The notes under the pieces are model-generated. The model saw only the letters and a list, made by a program, of their open reading frames with translations. It did no database searches and had not been told where the DNA came from. Shown piece by piece: positions 26,611 to 39,135 of a stretch of DNA of 64,000 nt; the first letter of the stretch is position 1, and every line of letters starts with the position of its first letter. The stretch is taken from contig MU004233.1 in NCBI GenBank assembly GCA_010405405.1, forward strand, positions 1,005,122 through 1,069,121, read 5' to 3'. Source of the stretch: Microthyrium microscopicum (lineage: Eukaryota). Position numbers and translations under genes: made by a program.

Positions 26611-26873
26611 AAGCTAAGCTTAAAGAAGAATTTAATTATAGCTTAATTAAAGCTTACTAAAATTTTTACTATAAAGTAAAGTAGCTTTTAAGTAAAGATA
26701 AAATAAACTCTTTAGCTATAACTAGAACTAAGCTTAAAGAAGTATTTAATTATAACTTAATTAGAGCTTACTAAAAATTCTACTATAAAGTAAAGTAGCT
26801 TTTAAGTAAAGATAGGATAAGCTTCTTAGCTATAACTAGAACTAAGCTTAAAGAAGAATTTAATTATAACTAT
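26611..26873. repeat. 114-bp (38-codon) tandem repeat, about 2.3 copies, in the outer Gypsy between protease and RT
   Basis: CTAAGCTTAAAGAAG recurs at 26614, 26728 and 26842 with matching intervening sequence. Confidence 0.85.
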
Positions 26874-27149
26874 AACGCATAGCTTAAGTCTAAAACTCTT
26901 AATATAGAAATAGCTTAAAAGTCTTTTAAATTTCTATATAATTTTTATATAGTAGGATTATATATAATAAGTATATATATTTTAGATTAAGCTTAGGCTA
27001 TACTAGTAGAAATCTTTACTATATTTAAAGTAAGTTATAAAATTAATAATAAAATAAGTAGCTTAAAAAGAACTAGTTAATTTAATATATTTACTATAAT
27101 ATTTAATACTTATTAAGTTATATCTATTAAAGGCGTAATCTTATAAGTA

Positions 27150-27941
27150 TATTAGTAAAAGTTAAGCTCTGCTAGCAGTCCTAGTAAGTGCCTACTAGGA
27201 CGTTAGTCCGTTAGTCTATGTCTAATATATTAGGTTAACTTGTTACCTAAGGACTAGTAGGATAGGAGCCAAATTTTGGTAGGAGAATAGGGATCTTAGC
27301 TTGGCAAGGAATATTAAAACTAACAACGAGATTCTCTAAGTCTAACCTTCCTTTCTAATAGATTACTAGCTAACTAGCCTAATACGGATACTGTTCTTTT
27401 GCCTATAGGTAAAAATAATGAGTTTAATAGGTATTTTAAAAGAACTAGCTAAATCCGTTAAGGTTTCATAGAGTTAGTAAGGGTAGAAGATATAAAACGC
27501 TACTTAAACTTTAGGTTGTTAAGCTATACTTTTTATATCTAGGCTGCACTTAGTAATAAGGCTTTAATAATCTATAACCTATATATAATAATACTCGTCT
27601 TAACGAGCTCTATCTAATGGTGTTACTTATATTATTATAGCTAGCCTAATTAGGAAGTTATTCTAAAAGTCATTTTTAGTAAAATAATAATTGCTGCATC
27701 TCAATGGCTATTAGGGTTAGGGTAATATAAATTACATAATAATATAGCCCTAATCTAGGGCTACAAAATAGTATATAAATTATACGCTAGGCCCTACTAG
27801 GAAGTAAAATAATAATAGAAACGTTTTTAATCTAATAATAGTAAACTTATAGAACCTGCCAAGACCTGCCAGGACTTATAGAATTCCTTAGGACTATTAG
27901 GATATCTTCTCTTCCTAAGCTGAGCTTAACTTTTGCCAATG
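27150..27941. mobile_element. Non-autonomous Tc1/mariner-type TIR element (792 bp) nested in the outer Gypsy
   Basis: 20-bp TIR: left TATTAGTAAAAGTTAAGCTC is a transition variant of the reverse complement of right GAGCTTAACTTTTGCCAATG. TA on both sides, and less RIP than the flanks. Confidence 0.8.
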
Positions 27942-30900
27942 TAATAATATATCTATTTTAAGGTATATAAGAATAATTTTTTATAATAGAAACTTTTACT
28001 ATAGTATTTATACTTATAATTAAGTTTCTTTTAGTATTAAGTTCTATAAAGCTTTTAATAGCTATAGAGCTTACTACTATAAGTATAGGGTTATTTATAT
28101 ATAGCTTCTTAAGACTTTAAACTAATATATTAAGTTTTTAAATATTAGGATTATTATTTAGTTCTTAATAAAAATAGGCGCCCTTTAATATAATAAAAGC
28201 TATAAAGAAATAAATAGTAAGTAGTTTATAAGCTTTATAATTTATAAAGTTCTAAATAAACCTAAGCTTAGAGTTTTAAAAAATAATTATAAGTTACTAC
28301 GTAGTATTATAAATTTCTAAGAAGTAAGTATCTAAGTTAATAATATTTAATATTATACCTCCTTACTTACTAAGAGAAGGAAACTAGTAAGGAATAAATA
28401 AAAAAGATTTATTAAGAAGTAAATATTTTCTAGCTATAGTAATTTTAATTATAACTACTATATAAGGAGAGATTATAATATTAGTTATAGCTTTTATAAG
28501 TTATTTAACTTCTACTTATTCTATAGTAAATATAGTAAAAAGGGTCTAGAAGAATTCTAAGTTTTTTAATCCTTTAAATAAATCTAGTCTTTTTTTAAGC
28601 TCTTTAGTTAAGTATAGTAATCTTTTTATCTTAAAATTTAATAAAGCTCTAATTAGTTCTAATATATTTATTATAATTAAAAATAGTTTATTTAAATTCT
28701 TTATAACTTAGAACTTTACTTTAAAATAAAGTAAAGCCTTATCTTCTTAATAATTATATTTATAAATATAGATTAATAGTTTAATATATAACTTTACCTA
28801 TATTAGCTTATTATATATATAGAAAATTAATAGAGAACCTTATATTATAATAATAGCTTTTAGTACTATCTACTTTAAAGTAATTACTCTAATATAACTA
28901 AGTATAGTACTATTATCTACTATAAGCTTATAAAGAGTAGTATTATATTTAAAAGAGACTAATATAGTAATATAATAATAGTACTTAAAGTTTTTACCTT
29001 TTATTAATACTAGTTTTTAAGTTAACTTAATAATTTTAACTTTAATATTAGTTATTATATAGTTAACTTTTATTATTATCTACTACGTATTTATTATAGT
29101 AAACTTTACTACTCTAAGCTTACTTTCTTTATACTAGTATAATTTACCTAAGTAATAAAATAAAGTATTATATAAATTAAAAATTATATAGTAGCTTTAG
29201 TATTTATAAACTTATAAAGTATCTATATTTATTATTTAAGATATTAAGTTTATATAGTAGCTTTCTTCTTTAAATTTATAGATATCCTCTAAGTCTAAGA
29301 CCTTATTATTATTTTTATAGTCTAAGTACTAATCTTAATCTTAGCTATATTACTCCTAATTTATAAAGTTTTGTTTTTTAGATTAATTTTTATCTATTTT
29401 TATATAGCCTTAGCTCTTATTCTATATTCTTAGCTCTTAAGTATTACTTATATAGAAAACCTATAAATATTTATTAAATAGCTTACTATTAGGAGTAGTA
29501 TATTTTTAAGAGTTCCTAATAGACTCTCTTAATAAATTTATATTACTAAGATATTTCTATATTTACTAATTTAAGTTCTTCTAATTGTTTATTATATTTC
29601 TACTTTTTTAATATAGTATTTATACTTACTAGTAGTCTTAGTTAAAGTTTTAATTTGCCTTATTATAATAATATATATATTAATTATTACTTAATTAATT
29701 ATTCTAGTTATAGTATAAGGAAGAATTTACGCCTTTAGAATTTAAATAATTAAAACTTATATAAGGTTTTATAAATAACTTATAGTATAGTATAGAGTTT
29801 AAAGATTTATACTTTAACTTTTTAAAATAGCGTATAGCTAATTCTTACTATATATCTTTTCTACTTATTAGAATCTATATTTAATTACTAATATTAGTAT
29901 TATAAACTAGCTCTAATATTTTACGTTATAATTTAATATCTAGTTTATTTTAAGCCTAATATAACTAATTATAATTTTTAAAATTAGTATTACTTACTTT
30001 TTAATAAACCTATCTAAACTATCTAATAAGTTCTTATTTCTCTACTACGTCTTATAAAAAGTAAATTAAAGCTATATCTAAGGTAAGTTCTTTTATAGCC
30101 TAATTTTAGTTAGATATAAAGTTTTATAATAACTAGTCCTCCTAGTTATTAATTACTAAGCCTTTTTAAAGTTTTAATTATTATATTAAACTTAATAATA
30201 TATAAAGTTTAAATATAATACTATATAAGTACTTAAAAACTCTTATATATATAATATAAGAAGGACTTTATAAAGTAGTATCTTAAAGTCAATCTATAAA
30301 TATATAAATATTTTAAAATATAACTTTACCTTTAATTATAAGAAGGTCTAACTTACTAAAGCTTTAAAGATAATTAAGCTAAAAGCTTTTAACCTATCTA
30401 GCCTTAAACTTTTTATAATAGCTTTTCTTCTTATTATCTTTAGAATTACTTTAAGATTATATATTTTAATTATAATTCCTAGTTTTAAGCTTATTTAATA
30501 GAACTTTAATTAAGTATAGAATTATTAAAAAGAAATTAAGATTATTATTTACTAGCTATAAAAGTATATTATTACTATATTCTAAAAATATACTTCTTAA
30601 TATACTTTTTATATAGGCTATCTCTACTTATATCTCTACGTAAAGAACTTATACTCCTTTAACTTATAATATAAAGGTTAGCTAAGAAGGAAATTGCTTA
30701 GTAACTCTTAGCTAAGACTATAATTAATTTATTCTAAAGGCTTAACCTTTAAAAGAATAAGAAAGAATATTTATATAGAATAAAGTTAATAAGCCTATAA
30801 CTCTCTCTATAAGTTTTACTTTTAACTTTATATTCTTTTATTTTAATGCTTCTATATATTACTATATTTACTTAATTAAGGTTTATAGCTTTTCTCTATT

Positions 30901-33027
30901 ATTAGTATTAAAGAATAATATTACGTTTAATATAAGCTAAAGAAAACTTTACTTATTCTTAAGCTTAGTTTCTAACTATACTAGTTAGCTTAGAGAAAAC
31001 TTTAGCATTAGGATATATTTAGTATATAATAAATTTAAAAATAGTCTACTTACTAATATTAAAAATAATATAGTTTCTAACTCTATAGTAATTAATATAA
31101 AATTTATTAAATTAATCTACTAATATAGAGTAAAAGCTATAAATACTAATTACTCTATTATATATTATAGTATTATATTTTTAATAATAAGCTAAGACGT
31201 TAAGACTTAATCCTTTACTTAGTCCTTTATATTTACTAATAAGATTAAAGAATTAACTTATATTATTAATCTAGCTCTTATTTTTCTTAGATTAGAAATT
31301 AGTCTTTAAAGTAAATAGACTAAAGCTTATATAAGTAATAGTAATTAAACTTATAGTTCTAAAAGATACTAGACTTCTTTTACCTAATTATTAATCTCTT
31401 TTTTCTCTACCTTAAAATTCTACTCTAGAACTATAAAGCTAATAGTATTTATATTAATAAGCTAAAGATTATTAAAATTCTTAAATAGCTTTTTATATTT
31501 TTTATAGCTATTAATTAAAGCTTAATTATAAATCTAGTATCTTTATACTTTTTATTTTTTACTTAATAGTAGAAGTATAGAGGCTAAAAACTCTTTCTTT
31601 TTTTAGAACTTTTTAAGTTAACTTTATAATTCTTTTCTATATAGATTTTATAGCTTTTAATAAGAAAGCTAAAAGTTTTTAAAGTAATTTTTTCTTAGAT
31701 TATTTATTACTAGCTCTTTTAGGCTAATAAGATTTAGCTTATTTCTTAATAAGCTAACGTTTCTACTATAAATAATAAACTATACTTCTATTAATCTAGG
31801 GATATTATTTATATTTAGGTTATTAATAATAATAAGAGAAAATTCTTTACTAGTTAAAAATTTTTAGGGCTAGACTTAGAAATTTAAAAACTTTAAATAG
31901 TACTTTAGCTACTTATAGTAAGTAACTTTACTTATATTTATAAGAGTTAAAAGAAATTCTTTACTAATAATAGACTTTTAGTTACTAGTTAGATAAGTCT
32001 ACTATAGATTTATAAGCTTATAATTTTTTATAGCTAAAAGTTTTATTATACTTTTAAGGTACTAAAAAAATATTTTTACTAGTAGTTCTTTATTAGAAAA
32101 AAGTTAAAAGTAGTAACTATAGCTAAACTAGTAGAAAGTTTTAATAAGGAAATATTTTAGTAGTTATTTAGTATTAATAAAAGATCTACTAGTATAGTAA
32201 ATAGTTTTTAAGTATAGTTAAAAATTATAGCTAAGTAACTACTATATTAACACTATAAAAAGAATCTTATTATATCTACTAATATACTAATAACTATTAA
32301 ATTTTTAAAGAAGTTAGAATTTAAAAGCTAAGAAGATTTTATTAAAGTCTAGTTAAGAAATAGTATAAAAAGAAGAAATATTATAATAGTAGTATAAATA
32401 AGAGAGTTATATAAAAAGGTAAATAAAAGGTTATTATAATAAGAGATAATAAAAAGTAGTTATTAGAAATAATAATAAGAGAGTAATAGTCTAAGAGAAT
32501 AATAGAAGTTAAAGTAAAAGTAACTTATTAAGAATTAAGCTACCTATTCTAAAAGTTATTACTAGAATAATTATACTATAGTTAAAAGTTTAGTAGAGTA
32601 ATTAGTCTTATACTATAAGAACTTTATAAACTTAGTAAATATATATACTAATTTATAAAGAGTATAGTAGTTTTAAAAGAAGAGTTAGTAATAATATATT
32701 AGTAATATTTTAGATACGCTATAGATATCTTTAATACTTATAAAGTAAGTAGTTATATATTATATTATTCTTATAGTAGATAAAAGGAATATAAGTAAAG
32801 GAAATAAGATTATTAAGAAGAATATAGAATATTTAGTTAATCTAAACTATTATACTCTTTAGAAAACTAAATTTTATAATAATGCTCTTATAGAGAGAAG
32901 AGAGAGTTATATCTAGTAATTAATTATTAATTCTTTAGTACGTATATCTTTAAGGTTAGATTTAATCTTTTAATAGTTAAAATAATAACTAATATCCTAA
33001 TATTTAGAATAACTTATTACTACTATT

Positions 33028-33167
33028 TAAAAAGGCATAATATAAATTATATAGTAGTAGTAAGATAGTATTATTAGAGTCCTCCCTCTAAGAGAGGATA
33101 TACAAGCTAAGACTACCTACTAAAGATACCCCAACGCCTTACCCTTTTGGGAAGGCATCCCGTATCA
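33028..33167. repeat. Right LTR of outer Gypsy element
   Basis: Direct repeat of 14696-14835; ends in CA and is followed by TSD AACCA. Confidence 0.92.
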
Positions 33168-33934
33168 AACCACCATCCTGGCGAAGCGGCCACGCCCCTG
33201 AATGATACTGGTCATCAAAGTGCAGGTATCATCGTTCTAGGAGCCTGCGCGATGCTACTCCCACAATTCCGTATGGATATGGGACTTATGCGACTAGTGG
33301 ATAGTGAACTAACGAAAGCCGGCTTTAGATCCTCGAGCGCATCACCATGTCTAGTTAATAGAGGGCAATGTCACTGCTTTCAAGTATGAAAACGTTGGCC
33401 TGCAGATCAACATCGCAAGGAACGTCTACACAAACATGTACCAAACTACCATATAGATCCCAACCAAACGCCGCAGCTCATTGAGATGCCGTTGGTCAGA
33501 GAGGAGAGGAAAGAGTTTCTAGGTGGAATCATGCATGGCTTTTACAATCCAGGTAAGCTCTCTGCAGTGTTGAGCAGTACCATGATACTGAGACATTTAG
33601 GTTGCAGCAATGCCCAACTAGCCTCTGGCCTTTCTCACCATGATCCGAAAACAGTAATTGCGCCCAGAAGGACCCATTGCATCCTGGTATGGTTGATCCA
33701 AATTTTCTCGGATTCTCAGGTGTCGAGTTCATCACGGAGGGAAATCTTCTACCGAAAATCAGTAAGGAAATCAAATTGTGGACGAAGGATTGTTTAGAAA
33801 AGTGCGGAATTGACCGGCGTCACTATGAAGATAGGTTAGACTTGTACAGTGACAACTGGATGGATAGCATTTTGAAGGCTATGGGAGTTGATCACAGTTT
33901 TTGGACCATGCCCCGGATTGAGTGTGGAAGATAA
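33168..33934 (+). pseudogene. Decayed 3' part of an unknown gene adjacent to the LTR insertion
   Basis: One frame runs 33168-33552 with a single TGA, followed by an intron-like GTAAGC..CTGAG..TAG (33553-33600) and a frameshifted ORF ending at 33934. Confidence 0.45.
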
Positions 33935-34059
33935 ACATTATACATTGTAATAAAAACTGTCGTGGTATCTGGCTATAAACGGCCGTTCGTTGCTAAATTG
34001 TAAAAGTCCAGCACTCTATGGTGCTCTCTTGTTGCAGTCGAGATGGCTTCATCGCTTTC

Positions 34060-35232
34060 TCATAAGTCTGTTTTGGCGATCAATATTCCGTAGGGATCGC
34101 GATCCCGTTCGCTGACTTCAATGTTAACGTAGCCATCGTCCCATGCTTCAGCCAAGTCTTCGTCCTGTCCATTTGCTTGCTGTCCTTCCTCTTTTCGGAG
34201 TGCTTCCCATTCTTTCGCAACCTCTTCTTGTAATTGAAGTTTCAGCACGCTGTGTAAGAACCCTCGCTCAGTATTGCTGTGAAACAGCGCAACCACCACT
34301 TGTCCTCGTTCGATCGCTCCCAATGCCTCATGATGCGATAATTCGCCCGTAAACAGCAGATCCACGTCCTGGAGCGGAGTGAGCAAACTTCCACCAGATC
34401 CCGCACATATCCCGACAGACTGAATACTGATGTCCTCCAGCCTCTTGTCCTGCGGTATAGCGATTGGGAATCCTTTTGGATTACCCACTCCCCTCCCAAT
34501 CCGGTCTATCAGCGATGATAGAGATTGCTTCTCCTTGAATCGCACCACCCTTCCCTGCCCAGCACCCGGATGCGTCTCCGAATCAAATGCCTTGATCGGC
34601 TCTCTCGAATGTTCCACTGCATTAAGCTTCAGATCCGCATTCTCATGCAGTGACGCCGTCGACGGATGATGCGCGAGCAGATATGTAGGCCTCTTGCCCT
34701 TGAACGGATCCGGATGCGCTTCAAACGGGAAGCCATCCTCTTCTCCTCCTGTCTCGCCTGCATTACTCTCAGCCTCGATATGATCCGGCACTGTCGCCGG
34801 TTGGCCAGTCACTATATCCGCCAACCAGTCATTGATACCGCCCGGCGCTGAGTCTAGCGCTGTATGTGGACTGTATACACTAATCCCCTCCGCCGCTAAT
34901 CTTAACAGTGAACGCTGTTGGGTATCTGCCAGTGTCAGAGCTTTCAGTCCTCTGAAGATGATAGGGTGGTACGCAATAACGACGCTGTCCTTGCGCTCAA
35001 TAGCTTCGTCGGCTACCGCGCGGGTCAGATCGACTGTGAGGAGAACGGAGTTCATTTGCCGACGTAACGGGTCAAATGGAGCTTCAAGAAGGAGGCCAGT
35101 GTTGTCCCAACTTTTGTCGGCGAGAGATTCGGGGTAGAGCTTGCGCATGGCACGTACGACGGCCTTGGAGAAGGGCGCAGAGCCCAGGGTGTTGGACATC
35201 CTGAAAGCGTTTTGCACCGTGGGCCTGAACAT
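34060..35232 (-). CDS. NIF3: Nif3/YbgI (DUF34) family protein
   Basis: LADKSWDNTGLL, AYHPIIF, YSPHTALD, ICAGSG, TGELSHH and HSNTERGFL. Confidence 0.95.
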   Translation of the reverse strand: MFRPTVQNAFRMSNTLGSAPFSKAVVRAMRKLYPESLADKSWDNTGLLLEAPFDPLRRQMNSVLLTVDLTRAVADEAIERKDSVVIAYHPIIFRGLKALTLADTQQRSLLRLAAEGISVYSPHTALDSAPGGINDWLADIVTGQPATVPDHIEAESNAGETGGEEDGFPFEAHPDPFKGKRPTYLLAHHPSTASLHENADLKLNAVEHSREPIKAFDSETHPGAGQGRVVRFKEKQSLSSLIDRIGRGVGNPKGFPIAIPQDKRLEDISIQSVGICAGSGGSLLTPLQDVDLLFTGELSHHEALGAIERGQVVVALFHSNTERGFLHSVLKLQLQEEVAKEWEALRKEEGQQANGQDEDLAEAWDDGYVNIEVSERDRDPYGILIAKTDL

Positions 35233-35539
35233 TCAGAGAAAGAGCAGTTGAAAGCGAGGATCAGACCATGGTGAGTCTGGGGTCAAGATAGGAGATTGTT
35301 GTTCTGATTGTTGCTTCCCCTGTCGAGGGAGTTGGAGCTCAAGGATCTTGGGTTGTTGGAGCTCCCTGGTCTCAAGCTTGATTCAAATTGAACGCTTGTG
35401 CGCTAGTGCCTGAAGTGTGCTAGTGGATATCGTCATTCCATCAGATAACTTTTGTTGGAAAAGATCAAGATAACACTTTGTATCGCTCAAGCATCGGAAT
35501 TCCACAACTTGTCTGACAATACTACACGCCCTTTGTACA

Positions 35540-35901
35540 ATGGCTGAAACAGAACCTGTTCCTACCAGTGGCGTCACAGAGCACACCATTACAACGCTGC
35601 TCCAAAAGCCTGCTACTGAGGGTGGTTTAGGAGAGGGTACAAAGGTCGTGAAATTTGGCGACGATTCCGGTAATTCTTTTAGGCTTTTGTATTTTAGATA
35701 AGACCTAATGAATCTACAGGAGGATGTGGACAAATGTTGAATGCAACTATCGTGTCCGAGTCGTTCCAGGGCAAACGAAGTCTGGCACGACACAAGCTCG
35801 TAAACTCAGCTCTCAAGACGGATATCGCAAAGATTCATGCTTGGACTGCTACATGCTACACTCCAGAAGAATGGGAAAAGAAGCAGACTGCAAGCTCTTG
35901 A
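35540..35901 (+). CDS. BolA-family protein (Bol2/Fra2-like); intron 35670-35719
   Basis: Spliced DDSGGCGQ..IVSESFQGKRSLARHKLVNSALKTDIAKIHAW. Absent from the ORF track because of the intron. Confidence 0.88.
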
Positions 35902-36067
35902 TAAGGTCACAGTGAGAAATAGATGGAGCACTAGAAGATACCCAAGATGACTCACGCGTCATCAACATTGAAGTCATGTAGCATGAGAAAATGAAAATCA
36001 TGTTCTAAAGCTATTACTATCATATACACAGTGTATTCCACATGTGGCCAAACTCCAATCATGAAAG

Positions 36068-37086
36068 TTAACCAGCCGCCTGCGTCCGATCTAACCTTAC
36101 CAGCTGTTGCGTTCCTCTATTACGAACTTCCAACTTAGGAGGTTTGCGCCTCGTTGGCTCCGTTTTTGACCATTTCATCCCTGGCCTCTGCTGGTTCTCA
36201 TTCTCCATCCCCGAATCAGCCTCAAGATGGATCCCGTTGACAAACCTAGCAACACTCATGGTATAGCCACCAAGCCATGATCCCCAGCCCTGTGTCTCTG
36301 CGTCGGATCGATGTATCTCTGCGTTCATAGTAAGCTTTCAGTTTTGTGATACCTCAATGATGTCTCACCAGTCCTTTGCCTGGCCGCCGAACCGTCAGCG
36401 CGAGACTCTGCCATGACCTTCCGCGCGATGTTCTGCACGCTACTCAAACCCTTCTGGACGGCAAGCACGTCGCCCTCTGAAACTGTCTCCGGTAATGCGA
36501 TCCGATAGCTGCCAGAGATAGCCACCGGCCGAGTGTCAGGGCGCACGCGAGGTGCATCGCGGGGAATTTCTTCCACCTCATCATCCTCAGAGGGTCTTGA
36601 TCTAGGCGCAGGCCGCTTCTTAGCAGCCGCTCGTCGTTCTCTCACAGAAGCAATCTCTTGCCGTGCGCGGGCAAGTTCAAGACGGAGGAGCTCCATTTCT
36701 TTGCTCTCCTTCTCATCAGAGTCATCTTTTGTAGTCTCGTCCTTGTTGGTGCCGGTTCCTGTGCGGGTGCGCCGACGTGCGGATTTGCCAGGCTGCGCGA
36801 GGGCGCGAACTTGTGCTTCAATGTCTAGGACGCGCTGCTTCAACTCTGCCAGTTCATCGTTAGAGGCGACGGGGGTGGGTATTGCTGATGCAGCTGCATC
36901 GCTTTGAGTGCGGAGCTTGCGTGGCCGGCGACGGCGGTTGGAAGAGGCAGCGGCAGGCGGGGATGGGGATTTCTGTTTTGAAGGAGAAGATATAGGTACG
37001 CCTCCATCATGAGGATTGGTGCTGGACCGGCGGGATGAAGGAGCTGGCGACGGAGGACTAGGTTTGGGACGACGGTTGGAGCTCAT
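36068..37086 (-). CDS. Hypothetical low-complexity/coiled-coil protein; intron 36319-36368
   Basis: Two long ORFs joined by a GT-AG intron, with coding-like composition. No family recognised. Confidence 0.7.
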
Positions 37087-37638
37087 TGTGGAGTTTGCAA
37101 CGGAGGAAGACGTGAGGACCAGGGGAGGAAGAAAGATCTGGTACAATCCAAGCTACTGCTTCCCGTTACAAGGGCATTAAAGGAACCTAGTGCTAGATAC
37201 ATATACAAAAGTAATGTAGGGTGTGGACTCTGGGGGTTGGCAAAAGGGACGATCGCGTCGGAGGTTTTGTAGATCCCATTTCGAGTTGAGCTTAACTCCA
37301 CGTCATCTATCAGCTCCAACCTCCAATAAAGTCTCTACACATCCAAATCTGGCCGATATCTCGCAGCACGCATCGAGCTGCAATCTGAAGGTACAATCTA
37401 TGCTACCAAAACTCCAATGGCATCGCGTCAAAGGCCAGACGGGACGAGCAAGACGATTGGGGCTACCTGAGAGACCCACCGTGATACATCATGATACTGC
37501 AGCTCGAAGCTGTTGCATCAATTTCATAGTGCCATTGCTGACTTTGCCATGATTCTGCTTATGCCGATCAATCTTTCGCTGTTATGAAGCCTGCCGATCT
37601 TGAAGGTAATGGCTGCGTTGTCTGGCCTTGAAGAGATA

Positions 37639-37856
37639 CCGTAGCTTTCGCATCATTTGCAAGTTTGATTAACCGCTTTTGGTAATCCCAAATTTGGGAT
37701 GACCAATATCTTTCACCAATGATAAGTAGAGGATTAATCTCACGTGTGAACAAAAGCTAGCGCTAGGTAGGGTCCCCTAAAATTACTGAGTAGTAAGCCC
37801 AAATTGGGATTACCAAAAGCGGTTAATCAAACTTGCAAATGATGCGAAAGCTACGG
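37639..37856. mobile_element. MITE (218 bp), Tc1/mariner-type
   Basis: Perfect 53-bp TIRs (37639-37691 and 37804-37856) with TA duplicated on both sides. Confidence 0.9.
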
Positions 37857-38403
37857 TACACCATCTACTGGCTTACACACTCTCCACAAGAAGATACCTG
37901 ATCACATTCTTGGAAGTCTAAGGAAAGATTGCGACGCTGGACCTTGAAATTCCATTACTATTGCCGACATCTCCATCGAAAGTTAAATCACCAATCTGTT
38001 CGAAGAGTGTTCTGCATGCGAACAACATCCATTCTTTCCGACAGGACACACTCCCTTATGACATACCAACCACACTAGCACTAAGTTGCATGGTTGTCTC
38101 TTGAACCCGTGAAATCTCGCATGGAACAGCAACGCAGAAAACCAGTCTCTTGCCTGCTGATATGAAGCTTCATGCTGCTAGAGCTGCTTGCATGAGGGCC
38201 GCCAATGAGATAGACGCTGAGGCTGTGTAGCATCTGAGATGAGGCAGACTTCTACTGAGCACTACTAGAGTAGTATCGAGGGAGTTTTTAACAGCCGAAT
38301 CAGTGGAGCTTCTTATCTTCACTAAGTGCAATGGTGAGCCCCGTACGTAGTAAAGAACAGACCAGCAGAATTACTTAGATATGCAAACGCTTTTAAAGGG
38401 CTT

Positions 38404-38760
38404 ATGAGTGCTAATATCTCGCACACTCATTCAGAACCTTGGAACGCCTTCTGGACTAGTTACACGGAGAACTACTACAGCCAAAATCAAGGTCCCACAA
38501 TAATGCGAAAGCGCAGTGTTTCGGAGTCCGCTAAACGCAACATAATGAGAGATGTCCGATCGCTTCGAGGAAAACATCTGTTCATTACTGAGCGCGGGCT
38601 TCTAGGCGTCCTTCCGGCAGACCTTTTGCGAGAGGGCATAATTGTCATCTTATGTGGTGCCCGCGTCCCTTTGCTGCTACGTAGAAGTATTCTACCAAGA
38701 GGAACAGGACTTAGGTTGTAGATCATGTTTCTTGCATGGTATGATGCATAGCAAGGTAAA
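38404..38760 (+). pseudogene. C-terminal remnant of a HET-6-like heterokaryon incompatibility protein
   Basis: RGKHLFITERGLLG...IVILCGARVPLLLR followed by a frameshifted FLHGMMH resembles the HET-6-like C-terminus. Upstream sequence is broken by stops. Confidence 0.6.
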
Positions 38761-39085
38761 TAAGATGGTAAGGAGAGAGAAAACTCATAGAGAGACCTAG
38801 ACTATATATTGAGTCGATTAGCATTGTAGTGGGTGTCGAGAAAAGCCAAACCATACGCTTTAACCGGGACGATGTGTAATAGCACTGAAGCTACTAAGAA
38901 AAAGAGTACTACTTGAGACAAAAGTCACAATGAAGAGTTATTAGAGTCTGAACCGTCGTTATATCACGTCTGACATCTATTAGATTATGACTTGCAAGTG
39001 CATGTTGATTTGCGGTTTATAAGTAAATCTAATGGTAATTAAGAAGATAGAAGGAAAAAGTAGTTCATTTCGGAAAATGCAAAAG

Positions 39086-39135
39086 TAACAGGAACCGCAA
39101 TCGAACCTGTGACCTTTGATTTTAGTAGTCATCCA
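39086..39135 (-). other. tRNA-like 3' half (degenerate B-box plus T-tract); tRNA pseudogene or SINE head
   Basis: Minus strand AAATCAAAGGTCACAGGTTCGATTGCGGTTCCTGTTA followed by TTTT. No D-arm or acceptor partner found. Confidence 0.25.

Larger units (their letters stand above)
14696..33167 (-). mobile_element. Outer RIP-degraded Ty3/Gypsy LTR retrotransposon (~9.8 kb without nested inserts)
   Basis: 140-bp LTRs at 14696-14835 and 33028-33167 with TG...CA outer ends and TSD AACCA (14691-14695, 33168-33172). De-RIPed minus-strand motifs: protease ~28890-28920, RT AYIDD ~25373-25384, RNase H ~24400-24930, integrase DFVTGLP..TDKYTK ~15990-16080. Confidence 0.9.

Noticed and set aside
23927..26873. 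Tandem repeats as a CRISPR-like array or telomere
   Set aside because: No unique spacers, not TTAGGG, and they lie inside transposons in eukaryotic DNA.
14696..33167. AT island as organellar insertion, HGT or a centromere-specific sequence
   Set aside because: TpA excess, LTR pairs, TSDs and decayed pol motifs explain it as RIPed retrotransposons.
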